Origin: Octopus bimaculoides | Lineage: Eukaryota | NCBI RefSeq assembly: GCF_001194135.2 | Contig: NC_068984.1 | Span: 32,122,074 to 32,186,073 of the forward strand | Reading direction: 5' to 3' | DNA: 64,000 nt | In this document: positions 40,130 through 53,768 of the stretch, in pieces | Layout of the letters: the number at the start of each line of letters is the position of its first letter | Numbering within the stretch: position 1 is the first letter of the stretch | Made by a program: the position numbers and the translations under genes | The notes under the pieces: generated by a model | Told to the model about the DNA's origin: nothing | The model's database searches: none | Seen by the model: the letters and a program-made list of their open reading frames with translations, nothing else

Positions 40130-40370
40130 CCATTGTATCTAGAACAGAGTATTAGTTCTTTTCTGCTCTGGGCACAAGGCTCAAAATTTTGGGGGAGGGG
40201 CCAGTCAATTAGATCAACCCAGTATGCAACTGATATTTAATTTATCGACCCTGAAAGGATGAAAGGCAAAGTCGACCTCGGTGGAATTTGAAGTCAGAAC
40301 ATAAAGACAGATGAAATACTACTAAGCATTTCACCCAGCATGCTAACATTTCTGCCAGCTTGCCTCCTTA
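40130..40370 (-). mobile_element. SINE family B, well preserved
   Basis: Reverse complement: ctgacttcaaattccaccgaggtcgactttgcctttcatcctttcagggtcgataaattaaatatcag. Confidence 0.8.
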
Positions 40371-40539
40371 ACGGAGTATTAGTTATCAACTGTAGTTGTA
40401 TGATTAAGTAGTTTGGTACTCAATAGCCTATATAATACTATTACAAAATAGAATCAGAGTAATTATAAATGTATATGGGTGTAAGTATTAAATGTCTATT
40501 ATTCTTTATTTATATAAAGAAAGAATTATCCTTAGAACA

Positions 40540-40715
40540 TTTAGAGGGATGGACAAAATTTGTGAAAGTATTTTTGTTTATCTTTGCTTTCTGAGTTCAA
40601 ATTCTGCAAATGTCAACTTTACTCTTCATCATTTTGGGGTCAATAAATTAGGTACCAGTGGAGCAATAAGCTCCCTCCTCCAAAAGTTCAGGCCTTGTGG
40701 CTATAGCAGTATGGA
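40540..40715 (+). mobile_element. SINE family B, head-to-head with 40130-40370
   Basis: ctgagttcaaattctgcaaatgtcaactttactcttcatcattttggggtcaataaattaggtaccag. Confidence 0.7.
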
Positions 40716-43700
40716 TTTATATAGAATTAAAAAGAACAAATTAAATAATAGTCAAATGGTATTCCTTGATGTAATTGTTTCTTTTTGTATTCATGAAAAA
40801 TTTTTTTAAGTATGATTAATATTCAGGAGGAAAGTGTTGTTAAGTTGGCCTACTCAACACCTTTGAACTAGTGACAAAAGAGTTAATGATTCATTTCCTA
40901 ACACTGATATGTCATTGCACTTTAACTGGATTGCCCAACTCAATGGAATGTTTGAGCTAATGGTTCATGCCTTAGTACTGTTTCTGTACAATACTATAAC
41001 TACATCATGGTTTATTAAATCTTTTTGAGAAACAAAACATCATATACTAGAAATATAGTATTATTTCTTACTACAAAGTTGCACAGTATTTGATCTTACT
41101 CTCTTGCATAATACTAGCATTCTTCATCCAGTAATTAGAAGCTTCTTTAATTTTTCCTCCATACAAATAAAACCGAAATAACAATTCCTTCTTACTGATC
41201 AGATTTGAAACCGGGAAAAAGCCTCAATGTTGGTGGAATAGTTTAATGGATAAGTTCATAAAGAGAGGTATAGAAAGTGAGAAGTAAAAGGAGGACAGTG
41301 AGTAGCTTAGTAGAGAGTTAAGTTTCAGGTTCAAATAATCTGGAAGAAATTAGCATGACAGAAATTTGCCAAAGTATTCCATTGAACCCATGTGACTGGA
41401 TGAATCATTATGCTCTTAACTGAAGTCTCTCTCTCTCCCCCACCGTGTGTGTGTATACATTAGATGGAAAATATGACTATGGTAGAAACAAAATTCAAAA
41501 TTATGATTAAGGACATTATATATATTAAGGATAATATATACATATATATATATTGCTATATCAATTAGCAGAAGAAAAAAAAAGAACAGAAACTAAAAAA
41601 AAAAAACAGACATAAATTCATTTCATTAGCTAACTTTTTATCCAGAATGAATACAATTTTGACACTCATAATCTCTCATCTGAAATGCACCTGGGTAAAA
41701 ATAAAACAAAATGAAGTCAAGTCATAGAAGTGAAAATGCAAAGGATAGAGACATTAGACTTTTATGAAAAACATAAATAAGCAACTACAATGGATTTGTC
41801 TTGCAACCTGAGACAAACTGTGTAGCTGATAAGTGTTGAGGGGAATTAAGAGAAAAGACTTTTATTTAAATACAACTTGAACAAAAAGATATATTAGAAA
41901 CAATCAGTCAGTGAGAAATCTGCACAACAAAAGGATGATAAAAAGAAAATGGTGGAGATCAGAAGGAACAGGTGGCATGAAATAGAAAGAGTATGAATAA
42001 GAGGAAAAGAAAGTGTGAAGGAGAGTGCGAAAAAGAAAGCATAAGTAACAATGAAGGGGACAAATTCTGTTCCGATGAAAATATGACTGTGTACATTAGA
42101 AATGAGAATCCAATTAATGGTTTAGAAAATGTACAACAATTAATGGAAAGGACAAAAGATGGCCACAGATAAACATATTTCATTTTGTCAACTTTTTATC
42201 AACACTTAATACAAAATTAGCACTTGGAAAAGTTGGCATCACTTTCCAGGAAAGTGCCAGGGTAAAAACTAAACAAGACAATGTCAAGTCATATGACCAA
42301 AACACTTGTGGGACAGAGATATAGAAACAAAATGAATGAAGTATCAGCTACAAAATATCAACAAGATAGTGTCTTGTGACTTGAGACAAAGACAAACTGA
42401 GGTGATGCTAGTATTGAGGGAATATTAGGTGGATATCCTTGCTCACAAAATAGATAAGATACATGGTAATATTGCTATGAGGATTAATCAAATAATGTGA
42501 AGATTTATTATGATTAATATTTAATCTTTAGTAGAATGGGTCAATGATAAAGGATTGATAGAACACAAGATTAAATGCTTTATATTTAGCCTTATTGTTT
42601 CTGTGTTCTTACTTCAAATTCAAGCAAAGGTTCTTACTCTAAGTATCAGAATATGTGACTATTCAGTGTTTATTAATGTCAGATTTAATGCAACTTTGTA
42701 ATAATTAGACTTGTGCTCCATTTACAAATCAAGTCTTGGTGATTTATAAATCTTACCATCAGCCGAAGTGCCACAACTACTGTCACCACCATCACCATGG
42801 CCATGACAACAACCACTGCTACTGTTGTCACTGTCATCGTCATCATCATCCATTTTTAATATTCCGCTAAAATTATTTGGATCTGTCAAATATCATTTGG
42901 TCATCTCATTAACTTGATCTGTGTGGATCAGTAGCTAAAATTCTGGCTCCACTACTTCTTCCTACCTCTTGTCATTTTTTCATTTCCTTATTTCTTTCTT
43001 ACTTCTTTTTCCTTGACCACCTTCCAGGTAACTTTATGTACTCAACATTGAATCTTGCACAGAGAACCTCAGAACACATCTATCTCAGCAAAACACAGCC
43101 TGACTCATGATATGAAATTAAAAATGATTAACATAGAACACAGAAGGATTTGTATCAGTCAATCAATTTATGTAGATTTGGCAGTAAATTAAAAGTTCCC
43201 ACCATTTCAACATTTGTTGGGAAGAAAGGTTTTTTTTTTTTTTTAACTAATTGGTTTAATACTTCCCTTGGGTGTTTTAGCAGAACACATTCTTTTGTAA
43301 ACACTCAAATCAGAATGCTGGTTTGAGAAAAACAGTGATACTTAATAAAACTGCTTCCTAGCTGCACTTTACCCAGGTAGTATCATACATTATCAGAAAG
43401 TATTAGGTGAAGATTTTTTTGAAGAAGCTTACCATAGATAATATAAACACCCAGTAATACTGATCAGCTTATGCCTAATATGGTTTCTGGATCTTCTTAG
43501 TTAATGATTGATGCTCTCACAAAGTATTTCATATATGATTATTTCCAGCTGGGATACACATGAGAGTCAACTCAGTGGCTAGAATCAAACTATGAACCTT
43601 GCTTTTACCTCTTGCCACATAGTCCAAATATTCAGCCTATGTTACAAATGTCAAATTCTATGAGAAAATGAAAGACCTAGTGTTGCACAGTTCTCTCTCC

Positions 43701-43897
43701 TTTTTAAGAATATCAATGTATTTTGTTCCAATTTTGATATCGTATACTATCACCTTTTAGGTTGTAAACCATACATCTTGACTGAGAGTCAAATCTCACA
43801 TCAGCTATTGCTAAGCTATCTTTTACATAATAAGTAATAACCTGTTTCCAAAAGGTAGTGTTATACTGAAGTGGAATCCACTTGTCCTATCACTTAC

Positions 43898-43923
43898 CAA
43901 TCTTCTTTGGATGAACATACTTC
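43898..43923 (-). other. Candidate 26-nt exon
   Basis: Long pyrimidine tract ...tgcttgggcag|gaagtatgttcatccaaagaagattg|GTAAGT; all frames open. Confidence 0.18.
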
Positions 43924-45329
43924 CTGCCCAAGCAAAATCAAGAGAAAGAATATAAAAAGGAAAACAGCTACATCAACCTCACCAGTCTGGAAAGATTTGC
44001 AAAGGTTAAGAATGTTGTCTATTTTTTTCTCCAATAAAATAAATAAAATCAAAATGTTGTTTTCAATATCATTCTGTAATGAGTATCCAAAATTAACAGA
44101 AGACAATTTTATTCCACATGAAAGTTATAATCCATGGGTATTGTATGTCCATATTATTCCAACGGAACCAATTTTTACTACATATACTAGCTGATATCAT
44201 TTATACACAGTCAAAGTCTGAATTCACTTGTGTTTTACTTTTCTTCGAGGTTAACATTTACATTACTAATTTCCCTTTCAACTTAAACAGTTTTCAATGG
44301 ATTTTCATTAAATGGTATTAAACATTGTATTTACTAATTTGAGACAAAAAAGAACAAAATAATGGCTATTTCCTTCCATACAGATACCAAACTACAGAGT
44401 TTCAGGCTAATAATTAACATAAACCGCTTCTTCAGGCAGCTAGTACCAAAATGCATCTCATAAAGCTGTATAAATTTCATGAATTCTGTTCAACCTCATA
44501 AAGTTGTGATAACTGTTATCAGTCCTTTGACTTACTCATTAAAATAAACAGGTTTACAAACAGGTCAAGAAAAGTACATATACATTAAATTGGTGCTTAA
44601 AATATCTAATATCATTTACAATAGAAGCTTTGCTGTTAATTTATTATTAATTCTCATTAAATTATTGGAATACAGTTTTAAAGTGCTAGCATACAAAGAG
44701 CACTAATGTAATGCTAACTTTGTGCCACTCTTACCATTTACTACTTCAATAAAAGATAACTTCTGTTGAGATGATTTGTAAACAAACATTTTGAAGTATT
44801 TCAAAGAATATAGCTAATTCTTATATGATTTGTAATGGGAACAACCTCTATTATTTAAAGTCAGGTTACTAATTGGGGGACTAACAATTATAAATTTCAA
44901 TATTGAAAGGTGATAATTTATGATCTACTTTCATTTTATTAATTGCAGTAATGTCAAAATTGGAATGTAATTGATTTCAGAAATATTCTGAAGATCTTAA
45001 TGGTGTTTATTAATGGAAAGAATGTTTTAATGAAATATTGACAAGAACTTCTTTTACACATATGTTTCAGGTGTACAAATCACCACACAAAGAAACGTGT
45101 GTATAAGAACTATTTTCATAAACAGACACACACACTTGACACATACGTAGACTTTAATAAGTGCCTCAGAAAACTCTTATCCTTCAGTAACTTTACAGTT
45201 GATTAAAAATACATACACACACACACACAAACAAACACATACACACACAGACACACATATACTCTTATATATTGTTATATATCGAGTTGTATTTCTCTTA
45301 TTTGTTGAACCAAACAATTATAAACATAT

Positions 45330-45367
<38 letters not shown>

Positions 45368-45419
45368 TGGATAATAACATTTTATTATTTTTTTCACAAA
45401 AGTTGAAAGTGTAAGTAAG

Positions 45420-45972
45420 AGAAATGTTGAAAATGCACTTGAAGTCTTTTAAAAGAGTGATTTCTTTATATGTTTTGCAAACAACTCGCACATGCAAGTG
45501 CTACCAGTCAATAACTGCGCATACCAGAAGCCAGCAAGTGTATGGGGTCATCAGGAGAGAATGCATGCTGTTTTGGAGCCTATCTCTTGATGGCATCAAT
45601 GCGCACCAGTCCCCCCTTGTTAGATCAACTGGTTATTAAGAACAAAGCTCAATATTTCTCTAGCCATCGCTCATCGTCTCTTTTTAACCAAATCCAGTGG
45701 CTAGCCTTCTCCACTGTATTTTGGATATCACTCATGGTGATATTTACCTTACAATGAGTTAGGCCTAACGATAACAGCAGTTGTCTCACACTGTGTCCTA
45801 CAAACCCTCTACATCCAACTTTGATTGGAAAATGCTCCACTTTCCAGCCTGCGTCTTCACATTTCTCGAGGAGGTTTACATAACGGTCAATCTTTCGAGC
45901 CCGCGCGCCGTCCATATTATCTTCATGAGGAACTGTTAACTCGACTAGATTTGGAAAACTTGTTTTTTTAAA
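45420..45972 (-). mobile_element. 5'-truncated Hero-like (R2 superfamily, REL endonuclease) non-LTR retrotransposon: ORF C-terminus plus 3' UTR
   Basis: LVELTVPHEDNMDGARARKIDRYVNLLEKCEDAGWKVEHFPIKVGCRGFVG...VEKASHWIWLKRD matches the Hero ELTVPWE...RKxxKY...PVEVGCRGF...AExASxWLWxKR pattern; open frame 45649-45950; CpG-rich. Confidence 0.85.
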
Positions 45973-46398
45973 AATATATATAGAAAGGAATTATGGCTCA
46001 AATTACCATCAGTTGAGGTTGTTTCTGGTTAGCTGCAGTTGGGCACAAGATTAGAGGGACATTTGACTGTATGAATGATATCTGCATCAAAATTTAATGG
46101 TGCATGATGAAGTGAATATGTTACGCGACAGTATGGATAATAACTGTATGCTTTGTTCAACAGTATGGATTGTAATTACACCAAAAATCAAGACTGCTAA
46201 TCCAGCAAATATGACATGATTGTATACACAACAGGTTATCAGAATAGCTATAAGTAGCATAGTAGTTTACTTGTTTATATATATAGTTGCCTGCGCCTGT
46301 GTGTGAATATGAACTACAATTGTTAATGTCTCTGTTCAGCATGTTGAAAGCTTATTCACTTGTAGTTAATATTTTAAATAAACATTTTTTATTCTTAC

Positions 46399-46511
46399 TT
46401 GCCCGTATTTTCTTAATGGCTTTGTCAGAAAAATGGTCAAGTGGGAAGACTAAGAAATTTGATGATTTGTTTATTGCACATAAGTCTAAATGTCCATTTA
46501 GAAAAATCTGC
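46399..46511 (-). other. Candidate 113-nt exon (QIFLNGHLDLCAINKSSNFLVFPLDHFSDKAIKKIRA)
   Basis: (CT)n-fed acceptor cccctaatatcag; donor CAA|GTAAGA, or GC donor CGG|GCAAGT 4 nt earlier; one open frame. Confidence 0.15.
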
Positions 46512-46521
46512 CTGATATTAG

Positions 46522-46556
<35 letters not shown>

Positions 46557-47245
46557 GGTGGGGAGAAAGCTGTTGGATCATCTAATAAGAATATTAATTT
46601 TTCTTTTAGTCTTCAAATAAGCTTTTAACTTGGTGTAATAACTCCCACTTTAAGAGTCCTCACTTCTATGTTAATTTTTACTCCTTTTAACTTTCATTGA
46701 GTTTACAAAGTAGAACCATCAAATAAATAATTGTTATTCACATAAGATGTGTTTCACAAGTAATATGCAACTAAAGTTACTCCAAGTCTAATCATCATGT
46801 TTAACATCTTTTATAAGTATTTACTCAATATTACACATTTGTGCCAGATACTCAAAGAAACTCATATGTTAAGATTTGTCTTATTATCACTATTGTGTCT
46901 CATTCCTTACCACTTTTGTTCTAAATACTTGACTAAACCTTCTAGTTACGAAGTTTTAACTTCTAGAACTACCCTGAAATATTTGTTTGGCAAACATTAA
47001 AACACTGTAACAACCACATGTGTATATAAATTTGTGTTTTAGAATCATCAAATGTGTATCACATGATACAGACAGGAAAGTGATATTTCAAATGCAGTAT
47101 TGCTATTAGAACGGTAGGAAATTTTTTCCACCTTATAAGGTTAATAATACCTAATTTTTCTGTAGTTTTCAATGGCAATGCTGTGTTTGAAATACTAAAA
47201 TACAAACTTTTAAACACAAAATCAGCTTCATCAGTCCCACCAATC

Positions 47246-47285
<40 letters not shown>

Positions 47286-47869
47286 AAATAACAATAATAA
47301 TAATCAAGAGGTTTGGCAAACTAATAAAAATAACAAAACTTTTGGTTAATGCAATCTTCCTAAACTTTAAACATCAACATTTATAAATGATAAAAATAAT
47401 TATCTGTTATCGTTTAAATAGGAATCAAATTTTATATCTCTTTAACAACCACAATTAAAATAGTCTAAGAGATCTACTGATGATTTGGTTTTTCCTCTTT
47501 AGCCTTTTGAAAATGTGGCTTTGCTATTACTACAAGCTTCTTGCTTTTGTTGACTGATGAGTTCATACTTAGTTGAGCTCAGAGTTCTTTGCATACTACA
47601 TTTTTGAGATGTCTGCTGTTTAGATTGTTTAAATTGTTTGGAGTTTTTCCTTTGATATTTACGGTCATTCATCATGATTTTGCATCATACAGCAAAATAG
47701 AATTAATGTAGCTATTGAAAGATCTAAATTTCATGTAACTAGATACACTTTTGCTTTCTAGACTCTTTAAAATGTTAGGAAGCTTCCAATTGCAGACAGC
47801 ATGTTTCTTTTATAACTGAAGCACTTCACTTTATTCATTTTTAGATAGATATAAAAGCTTCACATATAT

Positions 47870-48730
47870 ATTGTAATATGTATCATAATTATATCATAAC
47901 TAAATTCATCATGATTATGCCCATGTTTAAATAGTTTGTAATTTTATAATTTTCAAATTCCATAATAATATTATGTTTAAAAGCATCCTTTAAAGATTAA
48001 TCTGAATAAAATCATTTTAAAATCAATGATAAATAAATGATTCTTGAAATATATCATAACATTATCATTTTAAAATTTATCATAACTCTATCATTTTTAG
48101 ATGTAAAAAAAATTCTAAGATTTTTAAATTAATCCTACTTGGATCATTTTTAAATGTATCATAACTATTTCATTCTTATATTTATCATTTGCTTATCATT
48201 TTAAAAGCTGTCATTATTATATCATTATTAAATGCATCTTAATTCTTCATCTCTTAAATATACGACTGATATATTATTTCTAATTACAGCTCAGTATCCT
48301 TCTTAAATGTTTTAGAACTATATTATTTTACATGCATCATAACTTTAACATTCTAAAAATTTATCCCAACTTTATCTTATGATGATTTAAAAATATATCG
48401 TTATTATATAATTTATAAATGTATTACAATAACAGTTTTTAAATGTGCTGCAACTATATCATTTAAAAAAATCATAATTATATCACTTTTTAACATATGA
48501 TTACTTGATTTTCAAATTAATCATAATTATTTCATTTTAAGTGTATCATATATCATTTTTAAGCATATCTTAACTTCATCATTCTTAACTGTATCATAAA
48601 TTTATCATTTTTAACTATATCACAATTACCAAGTGTTTAAAATGTATCAGTATTTTATCAAATTTGAATTATCATAACTATATTATATTTAAATGCATGG
48701 TAATTATATACTTTTAAATGTACCATATAC
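47870..48730. repeat. Degenerate AT-rich minisatellite, ~26-28-bp unit (consensus ~AAATGTATCATAACTATATCATTTTT)
   Basis: Recurrent tatcat...tatcatttttaa units, e.g. tttaaatgtatcataactatttcattctta and ttaactgtatcataaatttatcatttttaa; roughly 30 copies (estimate). Confidence 0.75.
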
Positions 48731-49985
48731 ATTTCTGTCATCAGCTTATGATAATATTGTTTACATTTTACACAAAGCCCTTCATTATTACATTTAGTGT
48801 AAAAGGTGCTGTGTAAAGGTTTTAGTGTAAATCATTTATCCATTGGTGAGATAAGAACGACTACTTCATGGTATTTACGATCTCACCATTAATATAGAAA
48901 AAGCTCTTCCTAATTTCATGCAAGAAAACCTTTAATATAAAGGTTGGCCCGTTCACTGAATCAAATGAGGCATTTCTGTTTATTTGCTTTATTGGGAAGA
49001 AATATATATCAGTACTTCACGTTCACTGTTTTTCTATAAAATTCTACCTGAAATAAACATAAGTATGAGACTAATTTAGCAGGTTTTGTTGAAAATAAAA
49101 CCATTTATCAACATGATCTGTCTTGGTAAGACAAACAGTCTGCAACACTTGTGAAAATTTGCTTGCTCTGCTGTATTACCTGTTAAATATACTTGTATAT
49201 AATTATACATATTCACTCATAAGCATGCACACACACACACACAAAACACTTGTATGCATGCACACATGCACATACTTAAAGACACATAAATATACACTCA
49301 CCTGTTGTGTATGTATGTGAGTGTATACACACATATTTATATTTATACTTATATATATATATATATAATATTCAAATATATGTTTATGTATATAACACCT
49401 ACACACAAATACATATGTATGTGTGTGTGAGTGTATGTGTATGTATATGCATATATGTATATGTGAATATACATAAATATATATATATGTATATACATGT
49501 ATGTATACATTAAGAGTGTGTGAGTGTGTGTGTGTGTATATGTGTCTGTGTGTGTGAAGTGTGTGTGTGTGTGTGTTTGTTTGCTTCTTAGAAATTAGCT
49601 AGACTTTCTCTAGCAGTATGATAACTTTAATACACAAACTTCTTTATATGTTAATAACTTAAAATCCTATTAAACGAGTAATCAGATTAGGAAGGCAAAC
49701 AAAATATAGTGAAAGATGCAAGTTGCTGAGATAAAGATACTTAGAATGTGTCAGCTAATGTCGTGAAAATTATATGAAGTACAGCGTTTCCCCAGATGAG
49801 TGATAATTTTCTCTTTAATATCACCAACAGACGGTTGCTAGTGTTTTATGCTTTCACACCGTTATTTCCAACAAAAACACTTATCACAATTTCTTAAACA
49901 GTATTACTCAATTGTTACAATTATTGTTTATTTTTTCTGTTGTATTTTATGTACTTATAAATTTTTCTCCATTTGAAAATAGGAA

Positions 49986-50041
<56 letters not shown>

Positions 50042-51011
50042 TTAGAGGGGGGGGTCATGTAGTTTGTTGCATTGTTATTTCATCAATATTTTATTGAATA
50101 AAGGGAAAATGAAAATTTGTCAGCACTGAATATTTACCTTGTTCAGGAGGTGATGAAGAATATAAAAATGAGAGAGTACATTGAAAGTTGCATCATAGAT
50201 GGTTGTTATTTGTCTTATAATGAGAGTCACAGAGACAAAAGACAGGGCAATAAAATGATTTAGTAACTATTTAATGAAATAAAGCTCTGGCTTTCTAGAT
50301 CCAAATTTAAAACCCTAGATTTGAAAGGTCACCTCTTATATTTCTAAAGTCAATACGATTATAATTATGAATAGTTTACCTTGGTTAATTAAGTTGACCA
50401 TACAAATGTAAGTGTGATAGATTGCTTTCTGGCCTCTATCTCAGCTTTTCTGTCTCATCAAATTCCTGTTTCATCAATGTTATCATATTTTGTTATCTTT
50501 GTCAATAGTAACAATGGACACAGATGCATTGGATCAACACACCTGCTGACTTATATTGTAACCAATTACATTCAATAATGGTCATGATTTGCATTAGCTG
50601 TGATCAAAAAGAAATGTCTATGTTTTAGCACTGAAATCCAGAGAGAACCTCTTCAAAGGTTTTTGTGTGGCTATAAAAATCTCTCTCAATCCCTCTCTAA
50701 TGGAAGTATAATTTTGTCTGCCCTGCTATCATCCTAACAACTTGCCTGCCTCACATTACACACACATGCATAACCCTTCTTTATAACTTTCAAATTTCTC
50801 TGTGTATCTCCATCAAAACGTTCCTTTCTATATTACACTATGTAAACAACAAGAATAAAAAGAAATGAATTCTTCTTGCAATAAGCATCTCATCTTTTCT
50901 CTCTGTGTTCAAATATCTGAGAATAACATAAAAATTTATCATTCTTACTATTTAGATATAAAAACATTAGATGTTTATTCTATGTAGGTTAGAGAAATAA
51001 ACTTTGTTTCA

Positions 51012-52512
51012 ATTGCTGTGGTTCGCAGTTAGCTCTAATCAAGTAAATTTATGATAAAGAAAATACAGATTAGGTCCTTAAGAGCTTTCTGCAGACCAAT
51101 TTGTTGTAAGCATTTGAGCAACATCTCCAGTCACAGGATAACTTCCTCTTTCATTTTCACCAAACTCAGAGAACCATAACAGAGTGATAAGTGCTACTCT
51201 TCTGCTTCTGATTATGACATTAGTAAACAAACAAAAAATAGCCTCCCAGCTATGACCATCCTGTCTATTTTGAGCATCATGTAATTCATTGTCCAATATC
51301 TTCATCTAAGATGGTAGAGTGTGACTTGAGGGAAATGTAGCTGTTATATTGAGTGGGTCAAGAAACTACGTATGATTCATCATTGATGTGTATTCTGTTT
51401 CTATAATTTTATATGGTGGCCTTTGTGAGGTACAGAAAAATTGCCAAATAAATGAGTTGCTGTATCAGTTCTATTTTCTTGTTGAACCATCTTTATTTTT
51501 AAACACAATAGTCATATGGGAAAAGACATAGCTCTGTGGTTAAGAAGTTTGATAGTAACTTACATGGTTTTTGAATTTGAGCCATTTGTGCTGTACCTTT
51601 AGTAAACATCTGCCATAGCCTAAAATCAATCACAGCTTTGTTAGTGACATTTGGTAAAAGAAAACGGTCTGGAATGTTGTTGGAGGGACTTGGTCTGTTC
51701 TTAGATGGAAGACTGCATTTATTTACAAGTTTAACATTACCTAGTTCTTGAGTATCTTTAGCAGGGCCAAGCATTTGCGTTAGTTTGCTGATCTGTTAAT
51801 AACTACTTCTTATAAGTTTCAAAGATTCTGAAAAGTGTCATTAATGTTGTCAGTTGTCTTCAGATTAGGGCAGGTATGGCTGTGTGGCAAGAAGCTAGCT
51901 TCCTAACCACATGGTGTGGGGTTCAGTCCCACTGTGTAACAACTTGTCTTGTACTATAGTCTTGAGCAAACCAAATCCTTGCGAATGGATTTGGTAGATG
52001 GAAATTGACAGAAAGGTGTTGTATATATATATATATATATATATATGNNNNNNNNNNNNNNNNNNNNNNNNNNNNNNNNNNNNNNNNNNNNNNNNNNNNN
52101 NNNNNNNNNNNNNNNNNNNNNNNNNNNNNNNNNNNNNNNNNNNNNNNNNNNNNNTATATGTGTGTGTGTATGTGTGTGTGTGTGTGTCTGTGTGTGTGTG
52201 TATTTGTCTTCCTACCTCCTCTTGACAACCAGTGTTGGTGTGTTTGTGCTCCTGTAATTTAGCAGTTTAGCAAAATAGACTGATAAAATAAGTACCAGGC
52301 TTAAAAAAACAAGTTCTGAGGCCAATTCATTCAACTTGTTCCAGCATGGCCACAGTCAAATGACTGAAACAAGTAAGAGCTAATGCTGTGGTTAGCATTT
52401 AGCTCTAATCAAGCAAACTTATGATAAAAAAATACAAATTAGGCCCTTAAGAGCATTCTGCAAACTATTTTGTTGTAAGCATCTGAGCAAAATCTCCTAG
52501 TCACAGGATAAC
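51012..52512 (+). repeat. Diverged ~130-bp direct repeat (51012-51142 and 52382-52512)
   Basis: gctgtggtt..agctctaatcaag..ttatgataaa...ccttaagagc..tctgca...ttgttgtaagcat.tgagcaa..tctcc.agtcacaggataac in both copies. Confidence 0.85.
51868..52378 (+). mobile_element. SINE family C (CORE-like) interrupted by a microsatellite and gap
   Basis: ggtatggctgtgtggcaagaagc head and ccagcatggccacagtcaaatgactgaaacaagtaag tail. Confidence 0.8.
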
Positions 52513-53437
52513 GTTCACCTAACTAGTACTATCATGCTGTAAACTTCAGAAAAAAATATATCTTTCCTCTTTCTTATAAGACTAAAAATTAAACCATTTT
52601 AAGTCACTTTTTGCTGTTATTGGGAATGGCCTTAGGAAGGGCCTTAAAGTGGAAAAACCTTTTGTATGTTAGTATACAAGAAAAAAAAAATTAAAGGCAT
52701 TTTTCAATGTCAACAAAAAATATGATAAAGTATTCTTTTAGAAAAATAATAACTTTATATCCTCACTTCCATAAATATTAGATCTCATTATTATATAAAC
52801 GCAAAACTTTATTAAGAATATAAATGCATAAACATAAAAGTATTTATACTTTTTGGTAATTATTTTAACATTGATGCAGAAGGATGACAAAGTCCATGAA
52901 TTTTCTGCAGGATCTGCAAGGCTTGTAAGTGAAATGGGGAAAGAAACAATGACTCATAAGTTAGAAGCTTGGTCCAAGTTCTTGCTGCACACTAGATTCT
53001 GCCAAAGATATTCAAAGATCAAATGTTAGTGTTAAGCTAAGCAACCAGTGGTGAATTGCATGTTTTCGTTGCACTGTGCAGTTACCAAAGTAGCTGCCCA
53101 TTTACTTGTATGTAATACACCACCTTCAAAAGTAAACACACATATATAAACATGCAGCCCAGTGCAATCCACACTCCTTGCACACTTTCATGTTACACCG
53201 CTGTACGGAATGGTTAAATTTACCACCTAGAAACTAGTACAATCCATCCAATGTGGCTTCTGTACTGGCCATCCTGCTTGAATATAATCATTGATGGAAT
53301 GATATAAGGTGATCAGTGATGGTATTGAGAAAAATTATAGAGGACATTTTTCAAATTCATTTGATCAGTACAGTTTCTTTAATATTTCAGTCAGTATATG
53401 TATGACAATTTTGTTCTCTTGATTATTTAGATATACT

Positions 53438-53768
53438 GGCACTTGTGCTGGTGGCACAAGAAAAATAATTCATGCAAGGTCGTTGCCAGTGCCACTGAAC
53501 TGGCTCCTGTGCAGGTGGCATGTTAAAAACACCACTTGAGCATGGCCATTGCCAGTACCGCCTGACTGGCCCTCGTGCTGGTGGCACGTAAAAGCACCCA
53601 CTACACTCTTGGTGTGGTTGGCATTAGGAAGGGCGTCCAGCTGTAGAATCTCTGCCAGATCAGATTGGAGCCTGGTGCAGCCATCTGGTTCACCAGTCCT
53701 CAGTCAAATCATCTAACCCATGCTAGCATGGAAAGTGGACGTTAAACGATGATAATGATGATGATGAC
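53438..53768 (+). mobile_element. RTE LINE 3' UTR with internal ~65-bp tandem hairpin modules and (GAT)n tail
   Basis: GTGC(T/A)GGTGGCA at 53445, 53509 and 53575; family tail catgctagcatggaaagtggacgttaaacgatgataatgatg. Confidence 0.8.

Noticed and set aside
45500-45600. CTGATGA in the Hero 3' UTR as a hammerhead
   Set aside because: No GAAA and no stem II or III in the required geometry
47554-47585. CTGATGA followed by a GTTCA/TGAGC stem
   Set aside because: The GAAA half of the core is missing
48844-48888. pre-miRNA-like hairpin (tggtgagat/atctcacca)
   Set aside because: Only 9 bp pair, the interior does not fold, and no known mature miRNA was recognised
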